From Alphaproteobacteria bacterium (lineage in GTDB: Bacteria; Pseudomonadota; Alphaproteobacteria; JANSWW01), in assembly GCA_024743275.1 (NCBI GenBank), contig JANSWW010000007.1, forward strand, positions 4,256 through 68,255: a DNA stretch of 64,000 bases, in the 5' to 3' direction. Under the pieces are notes generated by a model that did no database searches, was not told where the DNA came from, and saw only the letters and a program-made list of their open reading frames with translations. Numbering within the stretch: position 1 is the stretch's first letter; each line of letters begins with the position of its first letter. Below, piece by piece: positions 30,552-39,826 of the stretch. Made by a program: the position numbers and the translations under genes.

Positions 30552-31358
30552 ATGAACCCGTGGACACTCGTCGGAATGCTGGGGGGGCTGATCCTTCTTC
30601 TGGGTTCCATTGCGCTTACGGCCAAGGACCCCTGGATCTTCATCAACCTGCCGGGCATCATCGTCGTCCTGGGTGGGACGATCGCCGCGACCCTGATGAG
30701 CTACACCCCCAAGGAACTCGCAACCGCGTTCGCCGCGATCCTCACCACGCTTAAATCCGAGCGGCGCTATAGCGTCGACGATATCGACGAGATCGTGAAG
30801 ATCGCCGAAATCTGGCGTAAGGGCGATCTCCGGGGCGCGGAGACGGAGATCAAGAACGCGAATAGCCCCTTCCTGTCCACGGCGATGTCCCTGGTTCTGG
30901 ACGGCACGCCGACCAAGGACATCGTCGAGATGCTCGAATGGCGGATCGGCCAGATGAAACAGCGGGAAAAGGCCGAGGCCAACCTGTTCCGCACCATGGC
31001 GACCTATGCCCCCGCCTTTGGCATGGTCGGCACCCTCTTGGGGCTGGTGAACATGCTCTATGAAATGGGGCAGGGGAATATGGACAGCCTCGGCCTCAAT
31101 CTCGCGGTCGCCCTGATCACTACCTTCTATGGCGTTGTGCTGGCGAACGCCATTCTCAAGCCGATCGCTGTGAAGCTGGAACGCCGGACCCAGGACCGGG
31201 AGAACATCCTGCGCATGGTCATCCAGAGCGTCGTGATGATGAACGAGCAGCGCAAGCCAAGCTATATCCGGGAGACCATGAAGGGCTTCTCGCGTCAGGT
31301 CCGTGACGAAATCGGCGCGCCGCCACCCGCCAACTCCCATCGGATCGCACCCGGATGA
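30552..31358 (+). CDS. motA: MotA/PomA-family stator (proton/sodium channel) protein
   Basis: Four TM segments, AFGMVGTLLGLVNM motif of the MotA/TolQ/ExbB family. Confidence 0.8.
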   Translation: MNPWTLVGMLGGLILLLGSIALTAKDPWIFINLPGIIVVLGGTIAATLMSYTPKELATAFAAILTTLKSERRYSVDDIDEIVKIAEIWRKGDLRGAETEIKNANSPFLSTAMSLVLDGTPTKDIVEMLEWRIGQMKQREKAEANLFRTMATYAPAFGMVGTLLGLVNMLYEMGQGNMDSLGLNLAVALITTFYGVVLANAILKPIAVKLERRTQDRENILRMVIQSVVMMNEQRKPSYIRETMKGFSRQVRDEIGAPPPANSHRIAPG

Positions 31359-32293
31359 TCGCCAAGGACCCGTCCAAGGGGCTGAAGGAAGCCGCACCGG
31401 CGGCCGGGCCTCCGCTGATCCTCAATCGCCAGTCCGAGGCGGAGGAAGCCGCCGAGTCGTCCGATGACTGGCTGCTGACCTATTGCGACACGGTCACGCT
31501 GCTGATCACCTTCTTTGTCCTGTTGATCATGCAGGCCTCCTTCACCGAGCCGGAGCAGGGCGAGGGCATGTTGGACGGTCTTTTGGGGATCATGCCGGCC
31601 CAGGAGGGCGTCGTCGGGGACGCCGGCCGAATCGCGGAAAATCCGGAGGTGGCCCTGGAAATCGCGGAACAGGCGGAACGCCCGGCGGCGGACAGTGAGG
31701 CGCAGCCCGCCGAGGCCACCACCCCTAAACCGCCGATCACCGAGCCCCCGATCACCGAGCCCGTCATCGCGGAAGAGGTCTGGGCCGAGATCGCCAGGCT
31801 GAAGCGCGAGATCGAGGCACAGGAGCTGTCCGCCGACGCGGAACTCGCCCAGGAGCAGCAGCGGCTGTTCGCCGGAATCGCATCTGAAATCGAGGATGTC
31901 GGCCTCTCCGACCTGGTCACCCCGACGATGACGGCGGAGGGGGTGTCCCTCCGCGTCTCGAACCAGGTTCTGTTCCCGACGGCGGAGGCGGCCTTGAGCC
32001 CGACGGGAGAGGAGGTCGTCCGGTCCCTTCTGCCGATCCTCGCCGGAAAACCCTTCGATATCGAGGTGGAGGGCCATACGGACTCGGTTCCGATCGCCAC
32101 CTACGATTTTCCGTCCAATTGGCATCTGTCGGCCATTCGGGCGATCTCCGTCCTCCAGGTCCTCGAAGCGGCCGGGATCGACGCCACGCGGCTGCATGCG
32201 GTGGGCTATGGCGAAACCCGGCCGATCGAGGCGAACGATACGGCCGACGGGCGGGCCGCCAATCGCCGGGTCGAGATCCTGTTGAAGTATTAG
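31355..32293 (+). CDS. motB: MotB/OmpA-family stator protein
   Basis: N-terminal TM helix, C-terminal OmpA-like peptidoglycan-binding domain (...GHTDSVPI...NWHLSAIRA...NRRVEI). Overlaps motA by 4 nt. Confidence 0.8.
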   Translation: MIAKDPSKGLKEAAPAAGPPLILNRQSEAEEAAESSDDWLLTYCDTVTLLITFFVLLIMQASFTEPEQGEGMLDGLLGIMPAQEGVVGDAGRIAENPEVALEIAEQAERPAADSEAQPAEATTPKPPITEPPITEPVIAEEVWAEIARLKREIEAQELSADAELAQEQQRLFAGIASEIEDVGLSDLVTPTMTAEGVSLRVSNQVLFPTAEAALSPTGEEVVRSLLPILAGKPFDIEVEGHTDSVPIATYDFPSNWHLSAIRAISVLQVLEAAGIDATRLHAVGYGETRPIEANDTADGRAANRRVEILLKY

Positions 32294-32296
32294 GTC

Positions 32297-33469
32297 ATGA
32301 CGTCATTCGCGAAACACACCCACGCCGCCATCCATGACCGCCAGGAGATGGTGTTCACGGTCGTCGATGTCGGCAGCATTCTCCACAGTCGCTCGACGGT
32401 TCAATTGGAGCGCCTGGTCCATTTCCTCAGCTCCAAGGACTTCACCCGCTTCGGGGATTTCTTCAACCTGACCAACCGGTCCTACGCCGTGTTCGTCAGC
32501 AATCCGAAGGAGGCCGGAGACCTTGAAAACGCTCTCCGCTCCTTCTGCAAGGCCGTCGAAGCCGGCGGGCGGCTGTCGCTCCCGATCGAGACCTATCACC
32601 TGCCGCGGGATCGGCAGGCTTTCATTCGTTTCATCGAAAAGGTCCAGAATTCCCCGGACTACCCGACACTGAAAACGGTATCGACTCCGGATTCCCGATT
32701 TCGGGAGATGGGCGAATGGATTCGGATCGCCGATCTGATCCACCAGATCGACATTGATAATTTCGTTCAGGAAACGCCGATTTGGCGGATCAACCCGCCC
32801 AATCCGCTCGGTTTCGAGATGATCGCAAGCGAACTCACCATCGGAATTCGGCAGCTGGCGCGGGCCATCGACAAGCCGCACCTGTTCACAGATCCCCATA
32901 TCCTGAAAGCCACGGCGCCTGTTCTCGACGAGCGGCTGTTCTCCCATATCTGCCGGGAACCGTCGCACCAGAAGGGCACCATTCATCTCAACGTCTCGCC
33001 GGTGAACCTGTTGGGCCAGGTGTTCCGGAACTTCCTCGACCGTTTGCCGCAATATCTCCGGCCGACCTATAGCTTCGAACTGGATTATGAGTTCCTGGTC
33101 GAGGAACCGGCGCAGTTCGCCTATCTGACCGCGATGCTGCGGGATCTGGAGTTCAAGGTCACCCTGGACAAGGTGCCGTTCTCCAAAGCTGACGAGGTGC
33201 TGGTCGAGTCACGCTGCGTCGACGGAATAAAGCTGCTCTATGACGACGCGGTCGACGCGGATGTGGATGCGTCCCGGGAACGGCTGTCCGCTCTCGCGGA
33301 GCGCCACCGGCATGCGCGCCTGGTCCTGCTCTATCCGGAGACCGCGGATCAGGTCGCTGCCGGGCTGAGGATCGGCTTCGAGTTCGTCGAAGGCCGTGGC
33401 GTGGACGACCTCAGGATGGCGATCAAGGACGGGGCCTCGGCATATGAAGACATTTTCGCCTATGGTTGA
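32297..33469 (+). CDS. Hypothetical protein immediately downstream of motAB; possibly a degenerate EAL-like fold
   Basis: Starts 3 nt after the motB stop. No intact EAL or GGDEF signatures. Confidence 0.45.
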   Translation: MTSFAKHTHAAIHDRQEMVFTVVDVGSILHSRSTVQLERLVHFLSSKDFTRFGDFFNLTNRSYAVFVSNPKEAGDLENALRSFCKAVEAGGRLSLPIETYHLPRDRQAFIRFIEKVQNSPDYPTLKTVSTPDSRFREMGEWIRIADLIHQIDIDNFVQETPIWRINPPNPLGFEMIASELTIGIRQLARAIDKPHLFTDPHILKATAPVLDERLFSHICREPSHQKGTIHLNVSPVNLLGQVFRNFLDRLPQYLRPTYSFELDYEFLVEEPAQFAYLTAMLRDLEFKVTLDKVPFSKADEVLVESRCVDGIKLLYDDAVDADVDASRERLSALAERHRHARLVLLYPETADQVAAGLRIGFEFVEGRGVDDLRMAIKDGASAYEDIFAYG

Positions 33470-33581
33470 CAGAGGGGAGGCGGACCGCTTCCCGACGTCC
33501 CATTCGGAAGGACAGCTTGGCAGGCCGGCGGTCTTGAACTAGTTCCTTTTCCGGTACGCCGTTCATCAGCGAGATTTTGAT

Positions 33582-34148
33582 TTGCCCACCACCGTTGACC
33601 CGGAAGAGTTCGGCCGGCTCGTCGCCCGATATGAACGCGACGGCTTCCCGCGGTTCCTGAACTACTGGCTTGAGCTTCGCGGAGACCGTCCACTGCCGGC
33701 CTACCGGGATTTCGACCCGACCCGTGTTCCTTTCGCGCTCTCGTCCCTGTTCGTTGTCGAGGATCGTGGCGGCGTGCTTCGCTATCGGCTGGCGGGCGAG
33801 GAGATCCAGTCCCGCTATCATACTGTCGTCCGGGGCAAGACCATCTTCGATCTGCTCTCGCCCCGCAGCGCGGCGGTCGTGGAGGAGCGGTGGAAGCGAA
33901 TGCTCGGCGGACCCCATGTGGGCTTCATCGTGACCGACCATCACACGGTCAATCATCGGTCGGTGACCGGGGTGCGGCTGCAGGTGCCCTTCGCCGACGC
34001 GGCGGGCGACCCGCGATTCCTCATGTGCCTCGTGCGGTATGTGTCGACGGCCGACTATGTGGATATGGATCAACCCCTGATCCTGGACGAGACCTATCGC
34101 GAGGTTTTGTGCCCGGCCGCCGAGGTCTTGGCCACGCCGTCAGCGTGA
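33582..34148 (+). CDS. PAS-like (PAS_5-type) domain protein
   Basis: WLELRGDRPLPAYRDFDP...LFVVE is shared with the paralog at 39180..39683. Confidence 0.45.
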   Translation: MPTTVDPEEFGRLVARYERDGFPRFLNYWLELRGDRPLPAYRDFDPTRVPFALSSLFVVEDRGGVLRYRLAGEEIQSRYHTVVRGKTIFDLLSPRSAAVVEERWKRMLGGPHVGFIVTDHHTVNHRSVTGVRLQVPFADAAGDPRFLMCLVRYVSTADYVDMDQPLILDETYREVLCPAAEVLATPSA

Positions 34149-34245
34149 AAGACCGACTTTTTAGCTTGGGAAATACAACGTTAATCGATTGTTAATTCCG
34201 ACGCGCTACGACTCGCATCTCAAGTAATCATTGGGAGGCAAGGAG

Positions 34246-35967
34246 ATGAGCGTTCAATCGATAAATCAACTGGGACTAACGGCCAAAGCAACCGGGGTAA
34301 CTCTTGGTTTGCTTGTTTTGCTCGCGGCGGTTCTCGCAGTCGCCGCCTACAGCACCACCGCGGCCTCCATTGAGCGACAGGTAATCGATCAACAGAATCA
34401 GAGCCTGCGGATCGCGGCGCTCGAAATGTCCGAACGGCTCCCAGATTTCGATGTTGCCTATGACGGGGACGGCAATGTCGCCCGCATCTCGCTGGATACT
34501 TTGCCGGAGTTTGCCGCCCACGACCTGATCGACCGAATCGGTCAGATGACCGGGGAGACGGCGACGCTGTTTCTTTGGGATGCCGAGAGCGAGGATTTCT
34601 GGCGCCGGACGACGAACATCATCAAGCCGGACGGGAGTCGCGCCGTTGGCACGCCGCTTGGCCAGGGCGGGGCAGTCTACCCCTATATGATGCGCGGCGA
34701 GACCTTCAACGGCGAGGCGGTCATCCTCGGCACCCCCTATTACACGGTCTACCAGCCGATCCTCTCCGGCGCGGGCGATACGGTCGGGATCCTTTATGCC
34801 GGTGTCGAGAAACAGAAGATCGATGCGCTGCTCACGGAGATCGCCACGTCGTTCAGCCTTTCGCTGCTGATCGCCCTGGCGGCGGCGATCGCCCTTGCCT
34901 TGCTTGCCTTCCGCACCCTGCTGCGCCCCATCCCCGTGCTGTCCGGTGTCATGCGCCGGCTGGCGAATGACGAAATCGATGTCGACATCCCCTATGGCAA
35001 CAGGGGGGACGAGATCGGGGACATGGCCGAAACCGTCGAGGTGTTCCGGCGCAACGCCCAGGAAAAGCGGGGTCTGGCGCAGGCGCGGACAGAGGCGGAC
35101 CGAAAGGCCGCCGAGGAAAAGCGCGCGGCCCTGGCGGAAATGACCGAACGGCTCCAGGAGTCGGTCGGTGACGTTTCCAAGACTATTGCGGACTCGTCCA
35201 CCCGGTTGACGGATACGGCCAACGCCATGGTGACCTCCGCCGGCGTGTCGTCGGAGAAGGCCGGCGATGTGACGTCGCTCGCCAGTTCCGCCTCCACCAG
35301 TGTCGAGGCGATGGCCGCGGCCGCCGAGGAACTCGGCAGTTCCATCGGTGAGATCAGCCAGCAGATGTCCGCCCAGACGGAAGCGGCCGACGATGCCGTC
35401 AATGCCGCGAGCGCCAGCGACCAGGAGATCAAAAGTCTGATGGAGAGCGTCTCCTCCATCGGTGAGGTGGTCGAGTTGATCACGACGATCGCGGAGCAAA
35501 CCAATCTGCTGGCCCTCAACGCGACCATCGAGGCGGCCCGCGCCGGTGAGGCCGGCAAAGGCTTCGCCGTGGTCGCCTCGGAGGTGAAGAGCCTCGCCAA
35601 TCAGACCGCGTCCGCGACGGAGCAGATCTCGAACCAGATCCAGGCGGTGCAGAGCAAGACGAAAGCCACCGTCGACTCCATCGCCGGCATCAATCTGAAG
35701 ATCAACAACATCCGGGAGATCTCGGTCGCGGTCGCCGCCGCGGTGGAGGAGCAGAACTCCGCCGCGATCGAGATCAGCCGGAACACCCAGGAGGTCGCCA
35801 CGGCGACTCGGGACATGGCCGTCTCCATGGTGGACGTCAGCGACGCCACGGCCTCGTCGGGTGAGCGGGCGCGATCGGTCCTCGACATGGCCCAGGATCT
35901 CGCCACCGAATCCAACCGTCTGGAAGGCGAGATCCGGAGATTCGTATCGACGGCGGTCGCGGGCTGA
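34246..35967 (+). CDS. Methyl-accepting chemotaxis protein (TM, periplasmic, HAMP, MCP signalling domain)
   Basis: Conserved signalling hairpin ...[35 protein letters not shown]. Confidence 0.85.
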   Translation: MSVQSINQLGLTAKATGVTLGLLVLLAAVLAVAAYSTTAASIERQVIDQQNQSLRIAALEMSERLPDFDVAYDGDGNVARISLDTLPEFAAHDLIDRIGQMTGETATLFLWDAESEDFWRRTTNIIKPDGSRAVGTPLGQGGAVYPYMMRGETFNGEAVILGTPYYTVYQPILSGAGDTVGILYAGVEKQKIDALLTEIATSFSLSLLIALAAAIALALLAFRTLLRPIPVLSGVMRRLANDEIDVDIPYGNRGDEIGDMAETVEVFRRNAQEKRGLAQARTEADRKAAEEKRAALAEMTERLQESVGDVSKTIADSSTRLTDTANAMVTSAGVSSEKAGDVTSLASSASTSVEAMAAAAEELGSSIGEISQQMSAQTEAADDAVNAASASDQEIKSLMESVSSIGEVVELITTIAEQTNLLALNATIEAARAGEAGKGFAVVASEVKSLANQTASATEQISNQIQAVQSKTKATVDSIAGINLKINNIREISVAVAAAVEEQNSAAIEISRNTQEVATATRDMAVSMVDVSDATASSGERARSVLDMAQDLATESNRLEGEIRRFVSTAVAG

Positions 35968-36319
35968 CCGGGATTGTGCCGATCAATAGAAATGGAACAG
36001 TAGAACGAGCTTTTCGCCCTCTTCCTTCGACTTGAAGGGCAGCACCATGGCGCTGTAGAGGGCGAAACTGCTCGGCAGCCAGTCGGTCATGCTGGTGATG
36101 CAGTAGGGCCGGTCACCTCAGTCCCTTGCCACTGCCAGATGATGCGGCGTTCCGGAGACGAGCATCGATGAGAAAGATGGCCAGCGATGACCTGGGATCA
36201 GGACCCTAGGTTCATTCCGGCGAAAAGGTTTTGAATTCGCCCGATCCCGCCCGCATAAATGCGTGTGGCGAAAAGCCAAGCGACACCAAACGATCGAAAG
36301 CGAGATCAGGGAGGGACGA

Positions 36320-37279
36320 ATGTCCAAGGGGTTCTTCAAGGCGATGGCCGTGCTGGCCGTCGCGGCATTCACCATGCCGTCGGCGTTGGCCGAGACCAGG
36401 GTCACCTATAAATCGGCGAAATCCACCTCGTCCTATTATCAGATGGCGGTACAGATCGCCGAGGCCATGAAGGCGGGCTCCGGCGGCGATATCATCGTCA
36501 CCGTAGAGGAGAGCCAGGGCTCGGTCCAGAACGTGATGGAATCCCGCGTGCGCGGCGGTGACTACGTGTTCACCACGCCGCCGGTTCTCGTCCGCCTCGC
36601 CCAGGGCGGCAAGGCCATGTTCAAGGATAAGAGCGATCCGAAATTCGACGAGATCCGCGCGTTGTTTCCGATCCCCTCGCTGACCATGCATTTCGTGGTC
36701 CGCCAGGACGCGGGCATCGCGACCTTCGCCGACCTGGAAGGCAAGAAGATCCTCATCGGCAAGGGCTCCTTCGGGGCCCGCGAAGGGGCGAAATACCTCA
36801 AGCTCTTCGGGCTGGAGGGCAAGGTCGACCTCGCGAATGTCGAGCTGTCGAACGCGGTGCCGGCGCTCAAGAACGGCCAGATCGACGGCTTTGTCACGGC
36901 CGGATCCTTCCCGGCGCCGAACGTGATCGAGGCCGCGGCCTCCACCGGTGTCACCGTCCTGTCGCTCGACGACGATCAGATCGCCAAGACGAAGCGGACG
37001 AAGCTGGTCATCCCGGCGGGCACCTATGCCGGTCAGGACGCCCCGATCACCACCACGTCCCTGCCGGTCGTGGCCTATACGACGACGGCGATGGCCGAGG
37101 AGACCGCCTACCAGCTCACCAAGACCTATTGGGAGCAAAAGACCTCCATGGGCGCCGCGGCGGCCTGGTGGAATGGGGTCAATGACGGGTTGATGGCCAA
37201 CATCACCGGCAAGATCCACCCGGGCGCCCAGCGCTATTACAAGGAAGCCGGGATCGCGCTGACCGCGGCCCAGCAATAG
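36320..37279 (+). CDS. TAXI-family TRAP transporter solute-binding protein
   Basis: Signal peptide MSKGFFKAMAVLAVAAFTMPSALA; SBP fold typical of TAXI. Confidence 0.75.
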   Translation: MSKGFFKAMAVLAVAAFTMPSALAETRVTYKSAKSTSSYYQMAVQIAEAMKAGSGGDIIVTVEESQGSVQNVMESRVRGGDYVFTTPPVLVRLAQGGKAMFKDKSDPKFDEIRALFPIPSLTMHFVVRQDAGIATFADLEGKKILIGKGSFGAREGAKYLKLFGLEGKVDLANVELSNAVPALKNGQIDGFVTAGSFPAPNVIEAAASTGVTVLSLDDDQIAKTKRTKLVIPAGTYAGQDAPITTTSLPVVAYTTTAMAEETAYQLTKTYWEQKTSMGAAAAWWNGVNDGLMANITGKIHPGAQRYYKEAGIALTAAQQ

Positions 37280-37384
37280 CCGCCTGCCATGCCGGGCCGG
37301 GCCGGGGCTGGTCGGGCCTGGCCGGGGCGGTCGGCGGGGCCGCCCCCTCACTTTCCGTAACCGGGCCTTGGCCGTCGGGGACCT

Positions 37385-39142
37385 ATGACGATCGATCGGA
37401 TTTGGGTGCTGCTCGGCCTTGTCGTGGTCGTGTTCCATCTGGGGCTGATCTTCGTCGGCCTGGTCCCCAATCTTGTGGCACGGCCACTGCATCTCGCCCT
37501 GGCCCTGCCCTTTGTCCTGATCCTCCCGGCGACCACCCGGGCGGGCCGGCTCTCCGGCGCCTTGTTGGCCGCGGCCGGCATCGGCGCTTGTCTTTGGATC
37601 GCCTGGAACCGGGACGCCTTGAGCGACCAATACGGCTATCTCGAGACCGATTTCCAGATCGCGCTCGCCGCGGTGCTGATCCTCGTCGTGCTCGAGGCGG
37701 CACGCCGCTCCATCGGCTGGCCGTTGCCCAGCGTCGCGGCCGCGGCCCTTCTCTATGGGCTGTTCGGGCAGCATGTCCCGGGCGAGTTCGGTCATTCCGG
37801 GACGCCGCTGGCGAGCTTTCTCGGGACCATCACCATCGCCGAGGGGGCGCTGTGGGGCAGCCTGACCGGGGTGTCCGTCGGGGTGGTGGCGATCTTCGTG
37901 ATCTTCGGCGCGGTTCTCAACGCGGGCGAGGCGGGGCAAGGCTTCATGAATGTGGCGGCGGCCGCCGCCGGGCGGCTGAAGGGCGGGGCGGCGAAGGTCT
38001 CGGTGCTGTCCTCCGCCCTGTTCGGCTCGATCTCCGGATCCGCCTCGGCCAATGTCGCGTCGACCGGGTCCATCACCCTTCCGGCCATGACCCGTCTCGG
38101 TTATCCGAAGCGGCTCGCCGCGGCGGTCGAGGCGGTCGCCTCCTCCGGCGGACAGATCATGCCGCCGCTGATGGGCGCCGGAGCCTTCGTCATGGTCGAG
38201 CTGACCGGGGTTCCCTATACCGAGATCATGGCCGCCGCCTTCCTGCCGGCGGTGCTCTACTTCTTCGCCGTGTGGATCGGCATCAACGCCTATGCCGGTC
38301 GCTACGCGCTCAAGGGCATCGCGGCGGAGGACCAGCCGCGGCCGCGCGACGTCCTGATCACCTCGGCCTTCTTCCTGGTCCCCTTCGCGCTTTTGATGTG
38401 GGGCATGTTCGTGGTGGGAGTCACGCCCCAGCTCGCCGCCTGCTGGGCGATCCTTGCCGGCGTCGCGCTGCTGGCGACGGACAAGGATCTCCGCTTCGAC
38501 CCGGCCAAGACCCTGCGCCGATTGGAGAGCGCCTGCCTCAAGGCGGGACAGCAGGTGGCGATGATCGCGTCGATCATCGTCTGCGCCTCCCTCGTCATCG
38601 GCGTTCTGTCGATCACCGGGCTGGGGGTCAAGATCACGTCGCTTATCTTGTCCGGGTCCGGCGGGCTCCTGTGGCCGTCGCTGCTGTTGACGGCCTTGGC
38701 CTGCCTCGTGCTCGGCATGGAGGTGCCGACGACGGCGGCCTATGTGATCTGCGTTTCCGTCGCGGGGCCCGCCTTGATCACCCTCGGCCTCGATCCCCTG
38801 CAGGCGCATCTCTTCATCTTCTGGTTCGCCCTGTTGTCGACGATCACCCCGCCGGTTTGCGGCGCCGTGTTCATCGCGGCGGGCATGATCGGCGAGGATT
38901 GGCTGCGGGTGGCGTTGACCGCCATGGCGCTCGGGATCGGGCTCTATCTCGTCCCGCTCGGGATGATCACCAGCCCGTCGCTGATCGCGCTGTCGGCCGA
39001 GCCCTTGGCGGCCCTGGGGGCGGCGGCGAAGATGGCGGTCGGTCTGGCGGCCATTTCCTATGGCGTGATCGGCAAAGGTCCTCCGCCGCTGCGGGCTCTC
39101 GCCGCCGCCGCCGGGCTCGCCATTATCCTCCTTCCCCTATGA
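37385..39142 (+). CDS. TRAP transporter fused permease subunit (TAXI-associated, DctQM-like)
   Basis: 585-aa polytopic membrane protein downstream of the TAXI solute-binding gene. Confidence 0.8.
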   Translation: MTIDRIWVLLGLVVVVFHLGLIFVGLVPNLVARPLHLALALPFVLILPATTRAGRLSGALLAAAGIGACLWIAWNRDALSDQYGYLETDFQIALAAVLILVVLEAARRSIGWPLPSVAAAALLYGLFGQHVPGEFGHSGTPLASFLGTITIAEGALWGSLTGVSVGVVAIFVIFGAVLNAGEAGQGFMNVAAAAAGRLKGGAAKVSVLSSALFGSISGSASANVASTGSITLPAMTRLGYPKRLAAAVEAVASSGGQIMPPLMGAGAFVMVELTGVPYTEIMAAAFLPAVLYFFAVWIGINAYAGRYALKGIAAEDQPRPRDVLITSAFFLVPFALLMWGMFVVGVTPQLAACWAILAGVALLATDKDLRFDPAKTLRRLESACLKAGQQVAMIASIIVCASLVIGVLSITGLGVKITSLILSGSGGLLWPSLLLTALACLVLGMEVPTTAAYVICVSVAGPALITLGLDPLQAHLFIFWFALLSTITPPVCGAVFIAAGMIGEDWLRVALTAMALGIGLYLVPLGMITSPSLIALSAEPLAALGAAAKMAVGLAAISYGVIGKGPPPLRALAAAAGLAIILLPL

Positions 39143-39179
39143 GGCCAGATCAGGTGAGGCCAGATCAGGCGACAACAGA

Positions 39180-39683
39180 TCAGGCGACCGGGCTTTGGTG
39201 GGAATAAACGAGGACCTGATCGACCAGATCCCGCGAGCGGCCCAAGGGCAGGAAAAGGCTGTAGTCCTGAACCGGATAGCCGGCTTCGGTTGCGACCTCC
39301 TCCAGGTCGATCACCGGCTCCCAGTTCCGGTAGACGTGGTAGTAGTCCTGGCGGCAGCGATCCAGCGAATTGCCGAAGAAGCCGTCTTCCAACGGGATGC
39401 CGGTCGGATTGCGCCGGCGGATATCCACTTCCTTGGCGCCGACCACCCGGTAGCGGAAGGCGATCTCCTCGATGCCGAGGTCCGACCGACTGACGGGCTC
39501 GTCACCCTCCACCACTTCGACAAGCTGAATGCCCGGCAGATGGCGGGGCACCTCCATCGGATCGAAGAGCTGCCGCAACAAGAAGGGATGGTCCCCGCGC
39601 TTCTCGTTCCAGTACCGGAACAGCCCCTCCATGGCCGGGGTCAGCAATGCCACCACGGCATCGCCGTAGACAATCCTGTCCAT
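39180..39683 (-). CDS. PAS-like (PAS_5-type) domain protein, paralog of 33582..34148
   Basis: WNEKRGDHPFLLRQLFDPMEVPRHLPGIQLVEVVEGDE. Confidence 0.45.
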   Translation of the reverse strand: MDRIVYGDAVVALLTPAMEGLFRYWNEKRGDHPFLLRQLFDPMEVPRHLPGIQLVEVVEGDEPVSRSDLGIEEIAFRYRVVGAKEVDIRRRNPTGIPLEDGFFGNSLDRCRQDYYHVYRNWEPVIDLEEVATEAGYPVQDYSLFLPLGRSRDLVDQVLVYSHQSPVA

Positions 39684-39826
39684 CTTCGTCTTCCGTTTCC
39701 CAGCGCCCTACAGGACCCATGATATCATTTCGGGTTTATCCGTACGAATTGTGCGCCGCAAGATATCACGCCGGAAAACACAGTTAACAGGGAATCGCGA
39801 TCGTGGCCGGTCCCTGAGGTGGAGAG

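Noticed and set aside
36212-38809. 865-aa minus-strand ORF with extreme R/G/D/H/P composition
   Set aside because: It is antisense to the TAXI solute-binding gene and the TRAP permease and has no domain signal.
37402-39207. 601-aa ORF overlapping the TRAP permease in another frame
   Set aside because: Its translation is Arg/Gly-rich with no hydrophobic helices, whereas the 37385 frame encodes a convincing polytopic permease.
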